DNA from: Ruditapes philippinarum
Lineage: Eukaryota
DNA length: 64,000 bases
Direction: 5' to 3'
Assembly: GCF_026571515.1 (NCBI RefSeq)
Contig: NW_026856735.1
Location: forward strand, 124,001-188,000
Shown here: positions 14,320-27,960 of the stretch, piece after piece
Layout: every line of letters begins with the position of its first letter
How positions within the stretch are numbered: the stretch's first letter is position 1
Notes under the pieces: model-generated
The model's database searches: none
Told to the model about the DNA's origin: nothing
What the model saw: only the letters and a program-made list of their open reading frames with translations
Position numbers and translations under genes: made by a program

Positions 14320-14435
14320 ATATGTTAGTGTTCATCCGTGCTGTTCTACAGAAATTAGAAACTTCGACGGGAGCCATAGCGACAGGAGAATATTTCTAAT
14401 TTTTGTAGAACAGCTAAGGATGAACACTAACATAT
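14320..14435. repeat. Long hairpin (about 42-bp arms), probable end of a hairpin-terminated non-autonomous element
   Basis: TATGTTAGTGTTCATCC..GCTGTTCTACAGAAATTAGAAA pairs with TTTCTAATTTTTGTAGAACAGCTAAGGATGAACACTAACATA. Confidence 0.7.
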
Positions 14436-14973
14436 TTAGTTTCAAGCTTTATTTGGACCTTGATTACGTCACTACGCGGTACTATGAAGCACTATGAAAA
14501 ATAGAAGGCTACTATGAACGGATTTCAATATAGTATCGACTTTTTTCTTCTATGAAAATTAACACGCATAATTTTTAAGAAATACAGCGTTTTCATTGAA
14601 TGACAAATAAAGCTGGACACTAAAATCAGATTCCTCACAGCGATTACCTCCCTTTACAGATTTTAATCACTGCCTTCGCAGACGCCACATGACGATGAAA
14701 GTCACATGACGTAACGTCGAAATTCAAATGTAAATATCGATCGTTACATAGAAAATCTAACGTCATTTTTCTCTTTCTGCTTTATTTTTAATTTTCGTAC
14801 CTACGTTCGTTATAGTTTATCAAAAATTATCAAATGTATACAAAATAATAAAAACTAAATTCAAAAGCTAAAAAATATAAAATATCAGAAATTCTGATAT
14901 ATATCAGACCGTGATGGCAGATATCTATGTGTACTGATACGGGGAGATAACTGCGTAGGAGATTGCTCTTTAA

Positions 14974-15307
14974 TATGGTGGCTGATTTGGAACGCTTTTG
15001 TGCGTCGTGTTGGCGATGGCGACAAGACAAAGCGCCCATTGTCAGACTTTTGTCTTGTCGTCATGTCGCTAAGGATGTACGCCAAACGACACGTTGTCGT
15101 GTGGCGTGTTATCGCGATGTCACAATGTCGCTCGGTTCAAATCGAAGCATTGGCTTATAAGCCAAGCGACAGGGTGACATCGCGAAAACGCGCCGTTTCG
15201 CGTTTTGTCGTGTTGTCGCTAGCGACAAGACATAAAGGCGATAATGTTACAGGTTGCGTTGTCGCTATCGACAACGCAACGTGCAATGTACCAAATCAGT
15301 CGCCATA
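14974..15307. mobile_element. IS3EU-type MITE
   Basis: TATGGTGGCTGATTTGG...CCAAATCAGTCGCCATA termini; flanks CTTTAA/CTATAA (6-bp TSD, 1 mismatch); internal TGTCG/CGACA repeats. Confidence 0.7.
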
Positions 15308-15322
15308 CTATAACGCTATTAT

Positions 15323-15661
15323 TATATTGGCTGATTTGGAACGCTTTTGTGCGTCGTGTTGTCTAGCTACAACACGACAAAGCGCCAAACGGTACGTTGT
15401 CGGACTTTCGTCTTCTCGCCATGTCGCTAACGATGCACGCCAAATCGCGCATTGTCGCTTGGCTCAAATCAAAGGATTGGCTTATAAGCCGAGCGGCAGG
15501 GCGACATCGCGACAATGCGCCGCATGACAACGCGCCGTTTGGCGTGCATCGTAAGCGACAGGACGACTAGACGAAAGTCCGACAATACGCCGTTTAACGC
15601 TTTGTCGTGCTTTCGCTAACGTCAACACGACGCACAAAAGCGTTCCAAATTAGCCACGATA
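15323..15661. mobile_element. IS3EU-type MITE (adjacent second copy)
   Basis: TGGCTGATTTGGAACGCTTTTGTGCGTCGTGTTG ... CAACACGACGCACAAAAGCGTTCCAAATTAGCCA long TIR; TSD not clear. Confidence 0.65.
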
Positions 15662-17000
15662 GTTAAGAGATAAATAGTTTTCTTCTATAAATATAAAAAT
15701 TATCAACATCCCTTGAGTGTCAATTGATATAAACATATAAAGAAAGGAATAGTGGATTCGAACTATACTTTTCATAGCGATTGTTAATTTATAGATGCTA
15801 TATAAACCCTTATTAAAGTAACATGAAAATTGGAAATCCTTCATAAAAAATAGATATATTAAATTATATTACATCTGTATTGGATAGTAACTCTGTGACG
15901 ATTTTGGAAAAGTTCAATTCCTCAAAGGTCAAGTCACCTATCAATCACCGATATAGTTCGAATACCTAATGTCGCCAACCGGGTCAGCAACGTCGTTGGT
16001 TCAAATCCCGTTAATCGCCAACCACACAAACAACCTTGCTGGTTCGAAGCCTTTAGTCGCCAACTGTACAAAGTAAGTGGTTGGTAAAACAATGCTGTGA
16101 ATTTGATTTCGACATGTTAATTTGTCGTATGCTATGACACAATAAATTGCGTGTTATGAAATGAAATTAAAAGACTTGGTGAAAATAAAACATGTTTATT
16201 CCTTTTTAGCCAAACAGTTAAAACTACGGGTTTAAGTGATATTTTCACATCACATTCACGCGTCGTTGAAATGAAAATTTCAGATACAATGCATACAATG
16301 TATTTGGAAGATGGATGAATACATGCAACAATAATTCAAACAACAAGATGAAAACAAAATTATGGCAACATATCAATAAGAGACAATTACTCAAGACATC
16401 TTATATGACAAAAACATATTGGGTTCCTAACACAAATACAAAGAAAAGCAACAACCTAAAACTATTACATAAAGAACATTCTCGTCAAATTATACGAAAT
16501 CATCCTTGTCTGTTAGTTAAAGTTATAAAATAAGTCAAACAAAGATCATTATAATAAATTTCACATTTTTTCATGATATTCAAAATTTTGCTAGAAAAGA
16601 ATACTGGTTCCACAGCAGTTTCTGGTCTCTAGCAGTTTTCCGGCCGTTTATCATTTTCGTTCACGAAATTTTGATTTTATAGAAACCATTTACAATTTGG
16701 CCGTGGCAAAACGTTATGAACAGTGACAGTGATATTTTAGTTAGTGATTCCTGTTAGAATGTCCTGTCATAAATATAACCGTGTCGCTGATTGTTTCAAT
16801 TAACAACGGCATAAAATAAAACCCTAAGAACGCACTTTTATGCATGCGCGAAAAAAGAAAGACTATATTTCATTCAACAAATTAAAACCATTCATACATG
16901 CATTCAGCAACCGTAATCCAAACGCCTCTCACAGAAATCTGATGAGAGTTAGTGTCCTTGGAAATAAACGAAATATATAGCTGCTCCCTGATCTTGTATT

Positions 17001-20000
17001 TTACACAAACCGGTCTTTGTGTCGGTTACAACTTTCCATTTGCATCATTCCTTCGCGTTCATACGAATCTGTAGAATCATCACAATCGGAAGTGTTAACG
17101 GAACATCTCCTCTTCAAACATGAAGGTAAAAATATGGACAACGGAAGTACTGTTTTCTCGCTGACTGGTTCAGGAGTTTTCGGCTGAGTAAACAAACTTA
17201 TAATTGTGCTTATAGATATAACCAAGATGCAACCAATCAAATTAAAGTACATATATGATATGGAATAAAATGTTTGTAGACCGGTGCGGTCGGTATCTGT
17301 CGAGGACGACACGTGATCCTGAAGCGTGGACAAATTTGATATGATTGTGCTCATGTTCATTGGTGTTGGTGTTGTCCGATATGTAATAAGTGAACTATTT
17401 GTCGTATCTGATGCGGAACATTGGTCTGTAGGTCCGAGTGGAAGGTATGGCGCTTTTGGCACAGTTGCTGAGAAGTTTTGACCAAGAATTATCCATAAAA
17501 CAAAGCACATTCCAGTAAAGGTACCAACTATTACTGCCTTCGGTCGGGCTCTTCGAAAAAACACTGATATCAGAAAAAGTCCTGCTTCTGGTCCCGTTAT
17601 TGCCCCCATAAATCCAGCCATTATTTGTCCTAAAGGACCTTCTACATTTGATAGAAGAAATGCAAAACCGACGGATATCAGTCCATAAATAGCAACCACA
17701 GCCTTAGATATGTTAGTTCCCTTTTCATCGGAGACATTTTTAAAAAATACTTTTATAAAATCTTCGTACGTTACAGCGGAAAGACTACTTAAACCTGAAG
17801 AAATTGTGCTGAGCGAAGCCGCTGCTAAAGCAGCTATGAATAGACCCGGTAAACCTGGATAATCATGAAACAGCTCAAGCATTGTAAATGGAATTATTTG
17901 ATTCAAATTTTTCACCTGACCCGATGCAAGTGGATCACAACCCTTGTTTGAAAAATATGCAAATATTGCAAGACCTTGAATCATTACCAATATCCACGTG
18001 AATGAGTAAATTGGCGCAGCGATGTAAAATAATTTCCGTGCAGTTGCCATACTCGGAGTTGAGTTGATTCTCTGTATCCCGGCTTGAGTAATTGATAAGT
18101 ACAGAAACTGGGACGGGGCACCAATAACCAGCGTCCAGAATGTATGACGTAATGTGGGATCTGGATCGAAGTTGAAGAAGTTCAGACGAGTCTCACTTAA
18201 CTTGAATACGTTTGACATTCCACCAGCGTTGATTGTACTTTTGACTAACACTGAAATGAATGAAAGTACGATTGATGTTAAACTGCATTTGTTTTAAACT
18301 ACATCATAACTACTAAGGGAGTTTCCAAAGAAATGTTTTGCATATTTTGTGCTTTCAAAGAGTATATTAAAGGCCTAACAGCAGCCTATTGGTATATCTA
18401 TTTCCCTCTAGACANNNNNNNNNNNNNNNNNNNNNNNNNNNNNNNNNNNNNNNNNNNNNNNNNNNNNNNNNNNNNNNNNNNNNNNNNNNNNNNNNNNNNN
18501 NNNNNNNNNNNNNNNNNNNNNNNNNNNNNNNNNNNNNNNNNNNNNNNNNNNNNNNNNNNNNNNNNNNNNNNNNNNNNNNNNNNNNNNNNNNNNNNNNNNN
18601 NNNNNNNNNNNNNNNNNNNNNNNNNNNNNNNNNNNTGCTTCGGTCGGTTTAATGGATCTGTAACTATAATGGTAGGAGACATTGGAAAGTATTGTGTACA
18701 AATTTCTAAAAATGAAAGGCGTTTTGCAGAGAAAAAAAATCAATTGTTCAATAATATATAAGAATAATTCTTAATTATCTTAGCATATATTTCTGTTTAC
18801 AGTGCCCCAGGTCATTTATGTAAGAAATTCATATGTTATTTTTTTAGGCTTTTAAAACCTCAGTGGAGTCCCTCTAATATGTTTATATAAATAAAAGAAT
18901 TTCTTTGCATGACTTCTGTTGCTACACTGTTTATTTTAAATTACCGTAACGTACTTTTAACACAAGTGTGACAATCCATTAAAATAGCATACACGTATAT
19001 AGGTATCCATTTGTTAGAAAATAAGTTGTTTTTATTTGTTTGGGTCGTCAGACCAAACAAATAATGGTAGCGAAATTTCAGACCCTGATGCTGTTAATTG
19101 CAAATGCAGAAAGTAATCCGCTTTTTTGAAGCGGTTACTTCCCTTTATATGTACACTAACGCTGAAAAATTCAGGGGAGATCACTGCGTAAAGATTGTCA
19201 AATGACAGGCGCATTAATTTTCAAGCAAAATATTTGCCGAATGGTCGAAGAATGCTGTATAAAACTGTATTAACACGAGTGTTGTTTTTGTGATGGGCTT
19301 TATATGCATAGTATTCTTCTCTCATCTAACAATCATTTTCGTATATAAGTTAAAATGCTCTTTGAAGTTTTGCGAGAGTGAGCATCCACTTTTTACTATT
19401 TATGTCATACAACCGAACTGTTACTGGTAAAGTCGCCGGGTTTTTTTAATGCATTTATATACCATTACAAAAATATAATTAACCATGATTACGTGTTGAC
19501 TAAAATAGTAGCTTAAGAAGACAAGGCTGAACAACATGCCGTGATAAAAAATTGCATTCTTGCTTTGGAAAGTAAATATAGCTCTTCATAATATATTACT
19601 GGAATATTAGCAGAACAATTCTTTCAAATTATATAAATAAATGAGATGCAGAAAATATGTGCTTTATTGCAAAACTGTAATTGATTAATATTTATAAATT
19701 ACTTAGCATTTAAATAACTGTATTGTGAATGTCAATCTTTCTTTATTTAAAGGTAGAAACAAGTGCTCTACTAAACTTGATATATATTTAAAAAATTGGT
19801 AAAGTTAACGCACGATAGATTGTTTATAAGCCACAATTTACTGCTTAGACAAGAGTGGGCGAGCATAAAGTTTCAGCTCGTATTTTTTTTTGTTTTTTGA
19901 GCTACCTATAATTTAAACATTATGTAATAAAATGGTTTGATGAAAACGTTTTATTAATACATTAATTTCGGGAATTTCTGCCCTGCGTCAAAAATATATC

Positions 20001-22730
20001 TTAACGCGCCATAGTGAGCTAACAGTGGTAAGTATTCATAATCACATAATATATTATAAGGTCTCAGAATATCCAGATGATATGACATTTTTTGTTCGTT
20101 ATAACATATTGTCAATAAAATGCTGCAGTAGAAAAAAAAGTACTTGCAAATAAAATGAAAAAATATGCAATAAATATTTCAGCTGAAATTATCCTACCTA
20201 AATATTTCTATTAAAGCTCAATGAATTAAGATTAAAGATTAAATATTTAAATAAATCTGCTTCAATAACATCATATCTGATCACGGTTTTAATTTAAAGT
20301 TGAGGTATGGTATATGTGAAATTTATTTTGAAGTAAATAATATTGCGTTTTATCACGAAAATATCTAATGTACAAATAAACATTATAATCATACATCATA
20401 CAACAAAGTTACGCAAGGGAAATTTTCTCATTTAATTTTGACAATTTATGCGCAAATGCATTATATATTAATTATTTCGCACATAAAACCCCAAAAACAT
20501 TTGTAAATATTACAGTTTCATTGATATAATTTTACTAGTTTATGTTCCACTACATCAGTTTTAACTATCTTTGAATTTGTAAGCTAAAATGATATTTTGT
20601 CAGTAACATCTTCCTTGATGTCAGCAAGAAATATAACAAGATCTTTGCCAAACGTTTTATTCATCATTAATGCGTGAATGCAGTTATTTGTTACATTTTT
20701 AAATACCATAATACATTTAACTATTCAATAAAGGCATTAATATTTTATATATACCAAATGATATAATGTAAATTTATTAGTCACTTAAGTGACATGACAG
20801 TTTAGAGTAAGCGTCGGTACCGTCTTTTGTCTAAGGTTCTGAATGACCGGGTCACGTCAATCAGTGGGCGGAGCAATCTCTTCTCTGGCGTAATGTCAAT
20901 TGTGTACGCGGTAAATTGATAAAAAGCTAAAAAGCGTGCATATTTAGACGCTAGATTCAAATAACGTTTTCTCGTTGACGTCATTTTCTGTACTATGTTG
21001 GTTTTCTCATGGGGCAGCCCAATTATAACGATTTGGCATCATAATACTTAATGTAAAAACGTCAAATAACATCGTGCATTTCAAATGTTAAATGTTTATA
21101 CTAAATCACATTACTGTTCACGATGTATTGCACAAAAATACATTTTTGATGTTTTTATCAATTTTTGAATTACGAGCCAATTGACAACAGTTACAATAAA
21201 AAGCAAAACTAGGCCGAAAAATGAGTTAAACATAACCGTAAATGTATTAATGTATACGCATTTCTTCTACGTGACTGCTGCAGCAAATACACAAGCCATT
21301 ACCGTGAGGTGAATTGATATTGTTTGTTTTTGTTTTGCTTTTCTTCTGCACTCCACATCTGCGAACAATTCTGACTAATATTCAAATGCGGCGGATAATG
21401 ACCAAGTGAACTTTTGACCTTACTACACAAGCGTTTTAACATAACTAAGAGAGACAATAATAATCATACTTTGATCGAGAAGAAGGTTAAATAAGCAAGC
21501 AAAAAGGATATACAATGGGCAAAATGTAATGAAACAAGATAANNNNNNNNNNNNNNNNNNNNNNNNNNNNNNNNNNNNNNNNNNNNNNNNNNNNNNNNNN
21601 NNNNNNNNNNNNNNNNNNNNNNNNNNNNNNNNNNNNNNNNNNNNNNNNNNNNNNNNNNNNNNNNNNNNNNNNNNNNNNNNNNNNNNNNNNNNNNAAGGTA
21701 CTGATATAAAGATCTCCTTTGTTACACAACTTTGTATTAATTTCTAATGATTAAGAAATTATTTCTAATTCTTATCAAATATATCTTATGATAATAGAAG
21801 ATTATCAATAAAAACAACAACATTTGTGTTTGTTCTCCATCACACCAAGCTTGGTCTTTGTTGTTATAACCGAATACTGTTGTGATAATTATTACATTCC
21901 TGATAGATGTTTTCTTGTTGTATATACAGTACAGTACATGTATATACAGTTTATATCTTCAGGGCTGAAAGAAAATAATGTACTGTTCGTATTTTAGTGT
22001 AATTAAACGTACGCACTGTATTTGATTTACATGTTGTTTGTATTTATGTAATCAATTAAATTAAATGTTGGGAATATATATTATAAAACAGAGAGATAAT
22101 GTCTCTTAAATGATACGTACCTGCAAGTATCCCTACAAGCATGACGATTGATTGAAAGACGTCAGTCCATATGACGGCCTTGAATCCCCCAATTGACGTG
22201 TAGATAATGGCAGATGACGAGAAAATAAGAATTGATGACCACATTGGTAGTTTGGCTACTGATTCCAAGGCCAACGCTGTACCATACATTACAATGCCCA
22301 TGTAGAACGTATAATGGATAACGCCTAACGTAACGGCGACGTAACGTACAGAGTTAGTTTTGTAACGTAGGAAATAGTACTCGTAAACACTGGTGACTTT
22401 TAGAGGGTGGAATATCGGTACAACAATAAGTGCAGCAAGTAAATAACCACAAATGACACCAACACATTGCATGGCATACTGGAGACCGTAGGCGTACGCT
22501 TCCGCCGGAAATCCCAAAATTAAGATGGACGACTGGAACGTGACGACAAAAGATAATCCAACTGGTAATGACCTCAATTTCCTGTTTCCAAGGAAATAAT
22601 TTTCCGTCGTATTATGTTTTTTGTCCCGGAATGCAAAGAATATCCCAATTGCAACAGAAACAAGTATAAGAAGTCCAAAAACAACAAAATCCGGGACAGA
22701 AAATGAGCGCGCGAGCGTTTCCGTATCCAT
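17001..22730 (-). CDS. SLC5 sodium:solute symporter, SMCT/NIS/SMVT-like, copy B (619 aa)
   Basis: Exon 1 22730-22121 (donor GTACGT), exon 2 18250-17001 (acceptor TTTCAG), phase-1 intron, open through the stop. SSF motifs GGFKAVIWTDVFQ, DPDPTLRHTFW, PGLPGLF, SLSTISSG, FYSISYMY. The intron contains two N-gaps, but the paralogs show no exon is missing. Confidence 0.95.
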
Positions 22731-23649
22731 CTCTCTACAAGAGCGCACGTGTTGATAGTAATCCGACGACTGTTAACTTAATATCCAACTGACATCTGTT
22801 ACTACAGAGATTTTGACTGTAGCATGGCAAATGCGTTTTACTACAAGGACTAAATAAACAGTGTCCCTAAAATAAACAAGATTAGTTACATCATATAACA
22901 AATTATAAAGGTTTTGCGTTCTAAAGTTAAAGGTCAGTGCTTTGTGTTCCTGGTGTTAACTATCATTATCGAGACTTTTGCTTTGATAGGATAAGGGTCA
23001 TTAACGAACGATTTAAATAGTAAATAGTACCACATTTCTCTTCCGTAGAAAAAAATTAAGTAAACTAAAAACATTAAAACCCAATTTCGCATAGTATCAA
23101 AATTTAGGTTCCATATGGATAAAAAAGAAAAGAAAAATGCGCTAACTGATCAGGTAGAAGTTTTACACGCGTTTTCTTTTCAGCAAAATTCGATGGAGCC
23201 AAAATATAAGCAACGCGATCAGGAAATCATATTGCAGTTAAATAACATAACTTCTTATTTTTTATCATTAACGTTCATATATTATATTTAAAGATTATAT
23301 AAAGTACGGTGTACTAATAAACTATACATGTATATAGATCTAGAAATAATCTAACAAAGCTTTGTTTTTATACAGTTTTATTTAAGAATTCAAATATCTA
23401 ATGTATAAACAGAATTTCGTTTTTTTTTTTCAGATTTTATTTATAGCCTATAATTAAATAGAATGAATACATCGAGTTAATCTAAAAAGAAACACGTTCT
23501 ACAAGCAGCCGTATCTAATAGCTATAAAACTGCTCGTATTGTTATCCTTGAGAAAGAAAAACATGCCAATCTAAGCATCAGGGAGAAAAAACGCGCATAA
23601 AATCCAAACACTTAACCGAATTTTTGAGATTACCAATGGTGTCAGACAA

Positions 23650-25670
23650 AACCCTTAAGCTGTACTAGGGAATTGATATATTGAAACCGTTATAAGCTGT
23701 ACTATGGGGAGTTTTACATTGAAAACCGTTTAAGGCTGTACTATGGGGAGTTTAACATTGAAAACCGATTAAGGCTGTACCATGGGAAGTTAAACATTGA
23801 ATACCGCTTGAGCCTGTACTATGGGGAGTTGAACATTGAATACCGCTTTAGTCTGTACTATGGGGAGTTGAATACCGCTTAAGCCTGTACTATGGGAAGT
23901 TGAATACGTTGAAAGAGATTTGCATTTCCCTCTAGTTGAATATCGCTTGAGACAGAGCTAAGGGGAGTTAAAATTTGAAAAAAATTTGATTCTGGGCTAT
24001 GGGAAATTAAATATAGGTAGTTGAACATTGAATACCATTTAAGTCTGTACTATGGGAAGTTGAACATTGAATAGCGATTGAGTCTGTACTATGGGAGTTA
24101 AACATTGAATATAGCTTGGGCCTGTACTATGGGAAGTTGAACATTGAAAACCGTTTAAGGCTCTACTATGGGAATTAGAACATTGAATAGCGATTGAGTC
24201 TGTATTGTAGGGAGTTGAGCATTGAATACAGCTTGAGCCTGTTCTATGGGGAGTTGAACATTGAATAGGGTTTGCGTCTGTGCTATGGGGAGTTGAACGC
24301 TGAATACAGCTTGAACCTGTCCTATGGTGAGTTGAACATAGAATAGCGATTGAGCCTGTACTATGGCAAGTTGAAAAAAGCGATTGAGTCTTTCCTATGG
24401 GGACTTAAAAACTGAAAACCGTTTAAGCCTGTACAATGGGGAGTTGAACATTGAATACCGCTTGAGCCTGTCCTATGGGAAGTTAAACATTGAATAGGGT
24501 TTGAGTCTGTGCTATGGGAAATTGAACATTGAATAGAGTTTGAGTCTGTAATATGGGAAGTTGAACATCGAATAGGGCTTGAGCCTGTCCTATGGGAAGT
24601 TAAACATTGAATAGGGCTTGAGTCTACGCTATGGGAAATTGAACATTGAATAGGGTTTGAGTCTGTGTTATAGGAAGTTGAACATTGAATACCGCTTGAG
24701 TCTGTACTATTGGGAGTTGAACATTTAATACCGCTTGAACTTGTCTTATAAACATTGAATATGGTTTGAGTCTTTGCTATGGGAAGTTGAACATTGAATA
24801 CGATTTGAGTCTTTTCTATGGGAAGTTGAACATTGAATAGGGTTTGAGTCTGTGCTATGGGAAGTTGAACATTGAATAGGGTTTGAGTCTGTACTATGGG
24901 AAGTTGAACATTGAATAGGGTTTGAGCCTGTTGTATGGGAAGTTGAACATTGAATAGGGTTTGAGTCTTTGCTATGGGTTGTTGAACATTGAATAGGGTT
25001 TGAGTCTGTGCTATGGGAAGTTGAACATTGAATAGGGTTTGAGCCTGTGCTATCGGAAGTTGAACATTGAATAGGGTTTGAGCCTGTACTATGGGAAGTT
25101 GAACATTGAATGAACATTGAATTGGGTTTGAGGCGATGCTATTAGAAGTTGAACATTGAATAGGGTTTGAGTCTGTGCTATTGGAAGTTGAACATTGAAT
25201 AGGGTTTGAGTCTGTGCTATTGGAAGTTGAACATTGAATAGGGTTTGAGTCTGTGCTATAGGAAGTTGAACATTGAATAGGGTTTGAGTCTGTCCTATGG
25301 GAAGTTGAACATTGAATACCGCTTGAGTCTGTACTATAAGGAGTTGAACATTGAATACAGCTTTAGCCTGTACTATGGGAAGTTAAGCATTGAATAGGAT
25401 TTGAGTCTTTGCTATGGGTTGTTGAACATTGAATAGGATTTGAGTATGTGCTATGGGAAGTTGAACATTGAATAGGGTTATAGCCTGTACTATGGGAAAT
25501 TGAACATTGAATAGGGTTTGAGTCTGTGATATGGGAAGTTGAACATTGAATACCGCTTTAGACTATTCTATGGGGAGTTGAACATTATATACAACTTGAG
25601 CCTGTACTATGGGAAGTTAAACATTGAAAAACTGTTTTAGCCTGTACTATGGGGAGATGAACATTGTACA
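23650..25670. repeat. 39-bp minisatellite, roughly 50 units
   Basis: Consensus TATGGGAAGTTGAACATTGAATAGGGTTTGAGTCTGTGC; homogeneous centre, degenerate edges. Confidence 0.95.
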
Positions 25671-26284
25671 TTATTTCCATAATATCTCATTAACATTCTC
25701 GACAATATGGGAGTACGAGATCCGACTATTTACTTTGGTTTTTAATGTTCTGAATGGATCTCTCCTCTTCAGCTTTTTTATTTCGACATTAAATAAATAT
25801 CCCTATGACTCGCAACCGTGTCAGGCACAGTATTTACATTGGCATGATGATGATAAAGTGTAATTGTGTGTGTTCGGGTACAACATTTCTTTTGTTAACA
25901 TCACGAACGAGCTTCCGGGAACAAGGTGTTATGCTGTATGATGTTAATGGCTCACTTATAACCATTTTTTGTTTTAAGTGCTTTTTGTCATAGGTCCATT
26001 ATTATAAATTGATTTCATTTTAATAAAATAACAACAAAATATATACTAAAAAGGCGATGAGACGAAAGGTGAATAGCAAAAGTTATATTCAAGAGACGTC
26101 GTAAGAGCTATTTCAAAAACGTTATTTTTGAATTGCATTCTCTTTTTAAAACATTTACGGCGTTATTGCTATCGGTTTTACGGGAGAATATATAGATATA
26201 ATTTACATAACGAGACCAGAAAGAGAAAACGAGACGTGTCCCGGATCTAATACTCTTTAAAAGTTTTAAAACAACATATGCATC

Positions 26285-27960
26285 ATGTCCATTTTGTTGT
26301 TTTTGATTTGTTTCGTGATGAACATAACGACTGGAGTTTATTTGTGCGCCGCCCAAAGTTACAGTGATCAGAGAGCCTTGATTGACCTAATGTTTGACCC
26401 AAGATATTACAGGAAAGATATCCGTCCGGTGAAAAACTTGTCCGAAACCTTACAGGTAATTTCTAAAGATTTTCTTCCGACTTTTAAAGTAGACTGGTTT
26501 ACAACCACGGATTTATATTACAATGTAATATAAATCCGTGTTTACAACGAAACAGTTTCAATAGGAATATCAAATATTGATAAAAACAAGAAATGCATCA
26601 TTTGGAGACGAAATATGGCTTGAAAATGTGAACATTTTTATGATGAATATTGAATATTGTGTTCTAGGACAATTCATTATATGTTATATAAATGACAATG
26701 GATATAACGAAACAGTAAATGAATAAATATTTTAATAAATCTTTTAAGGTAATTTTTATAATCACTCACTTATTTCAGGTCAATTTTACTCACGAAATAA
26801 GAATGGTAGAAGCCCTGGATGTCCCAGCAGCAGAGATATGTGTACTGTCCTATTTTACACTCTCCTGGTTCGACCAAAATTTACTCTGGAACAGTTCCGA
26901 CTTTAATGGTCTATCAACCATCGATCTTCCAGTTGGGTTGATTTGGTCTCCGTCTTTGGAAAGAGCTTCTTCCGAAACATGTGGACCCAACAAAAGACAG
27001 CAAGAATTAAAGACAGCAAAAGTGACATCCAACGGACGTGTGAAGTTAAACATCATCAAATACACATCTGCGTATTGTGTAATCAACATGTTTCTGTATC
27101 CGTTCGATGAACATGAATGTTATTTCTTATTTTATGACTCTAGATATTCTAATAAGGAGTTGAAACTTTATCTTATTGAAGAAGATCTTGTGATAACACA
27201 TAATTACATTGCAAATCAAGAATGGGATATAAAATGGTTGGCGTCTGCAATTTACAACCGACCGATCTATGAAGAGTCTATAAATATCTCAATTGTTTCC
27301 GACCATTTACAGACAAGTCGACGACCAGGCTTTGTTATCATTAACTTGTTTTTACCTGCTTGGCTTCTATCCTGTTTGAATCTCTGTGTCCCACTTATAC
27401 CACCGGATTCGGGGGAACGGTTGTCATTTGCTGTAACTCTCTGCCTAGCTCTGATGTTTGTAAACATGTCTTTAGTCGCTGATATGCCAAGAAATTCATT
27501 GAAGATAGGTGTATTATCATGGGTTCTGTCTGTAGCTGACTTTATGCATACGCTTAGTATTATATGGAGCATAGTCATTATTCGCATATCAAAATTGTCG
27601 AGAGAAACAACAACCATTCCTTCGATTTTTCTGAAGATTCTGATAAAACCAAAACAAGACCACCAGGACGTGCGTCAAGATATTGGCAACGTTCATGGCA
27701 AGCGTGCTGAAAAAGTTGATTCAAAATCTGAAATACCGAAATATGAATCAGAACATATTATAGACAGAAAAACATCGACTAGAAGTTCATGTCACGAAGA
27801 TGTCGGTTTGATAACGTCAGAAAGGGTGGATGGTGTGGAATGGAATGAAGTTTCAAGGTTGCTCGACAAAATTTATTTCTCAGTTTCAATCGTTTTTGTA
27901 ACAATTATGTTAGGTATTAATATATTTATATTCCGTGAAAATTTCTCAGCACTGTTTTGA
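26285..27960 (+). CDS. Cys-loop ligand-gated ion channel, divergent nAChR-like non-alpha subunit (450 aa)
   Basis: Exon 1 26285-26455 (signal peptide, LIDLMF..YYRKDIRPV, donor GTAATT), exon 2 26779-27960 (acceptor TTTCAG), phase 0. W.D..L.W motif, Cys-loop CVINMFLYPFDEHEC (C-x13-C), RRP before M1, PPDSGERLSFAVTL (M1-M2), EWNEVSRLLDK before M4. Confidence 0.92.

Noticed and set aside
15000-15527. 175-aa Arg/Val-rich ORF (also 44588-44908)
   Set aside because: Lies across GC-rich MITE copies and has no protein motifs.
18333-18761. ORFs containing X runs (also 21487-21747 and 33939-34600)
   Set aside because: Artefacts of assembly N-gaps.
24746-25117. 123-aa QCSTSHSTDSNPI repeat ORF
   Set aside because: By-product of a 39-bp (multiple of 3) repeat; neighbouring units contain stops and indels.
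23650-25670. CRISPR- or TIGR-like array
   Set aside because: The variable parts are only a few nucleotides and recur as related variants, with no unique spacers and no adjacent effector gene; the pattern is that of a eukaryotic minisatellite.
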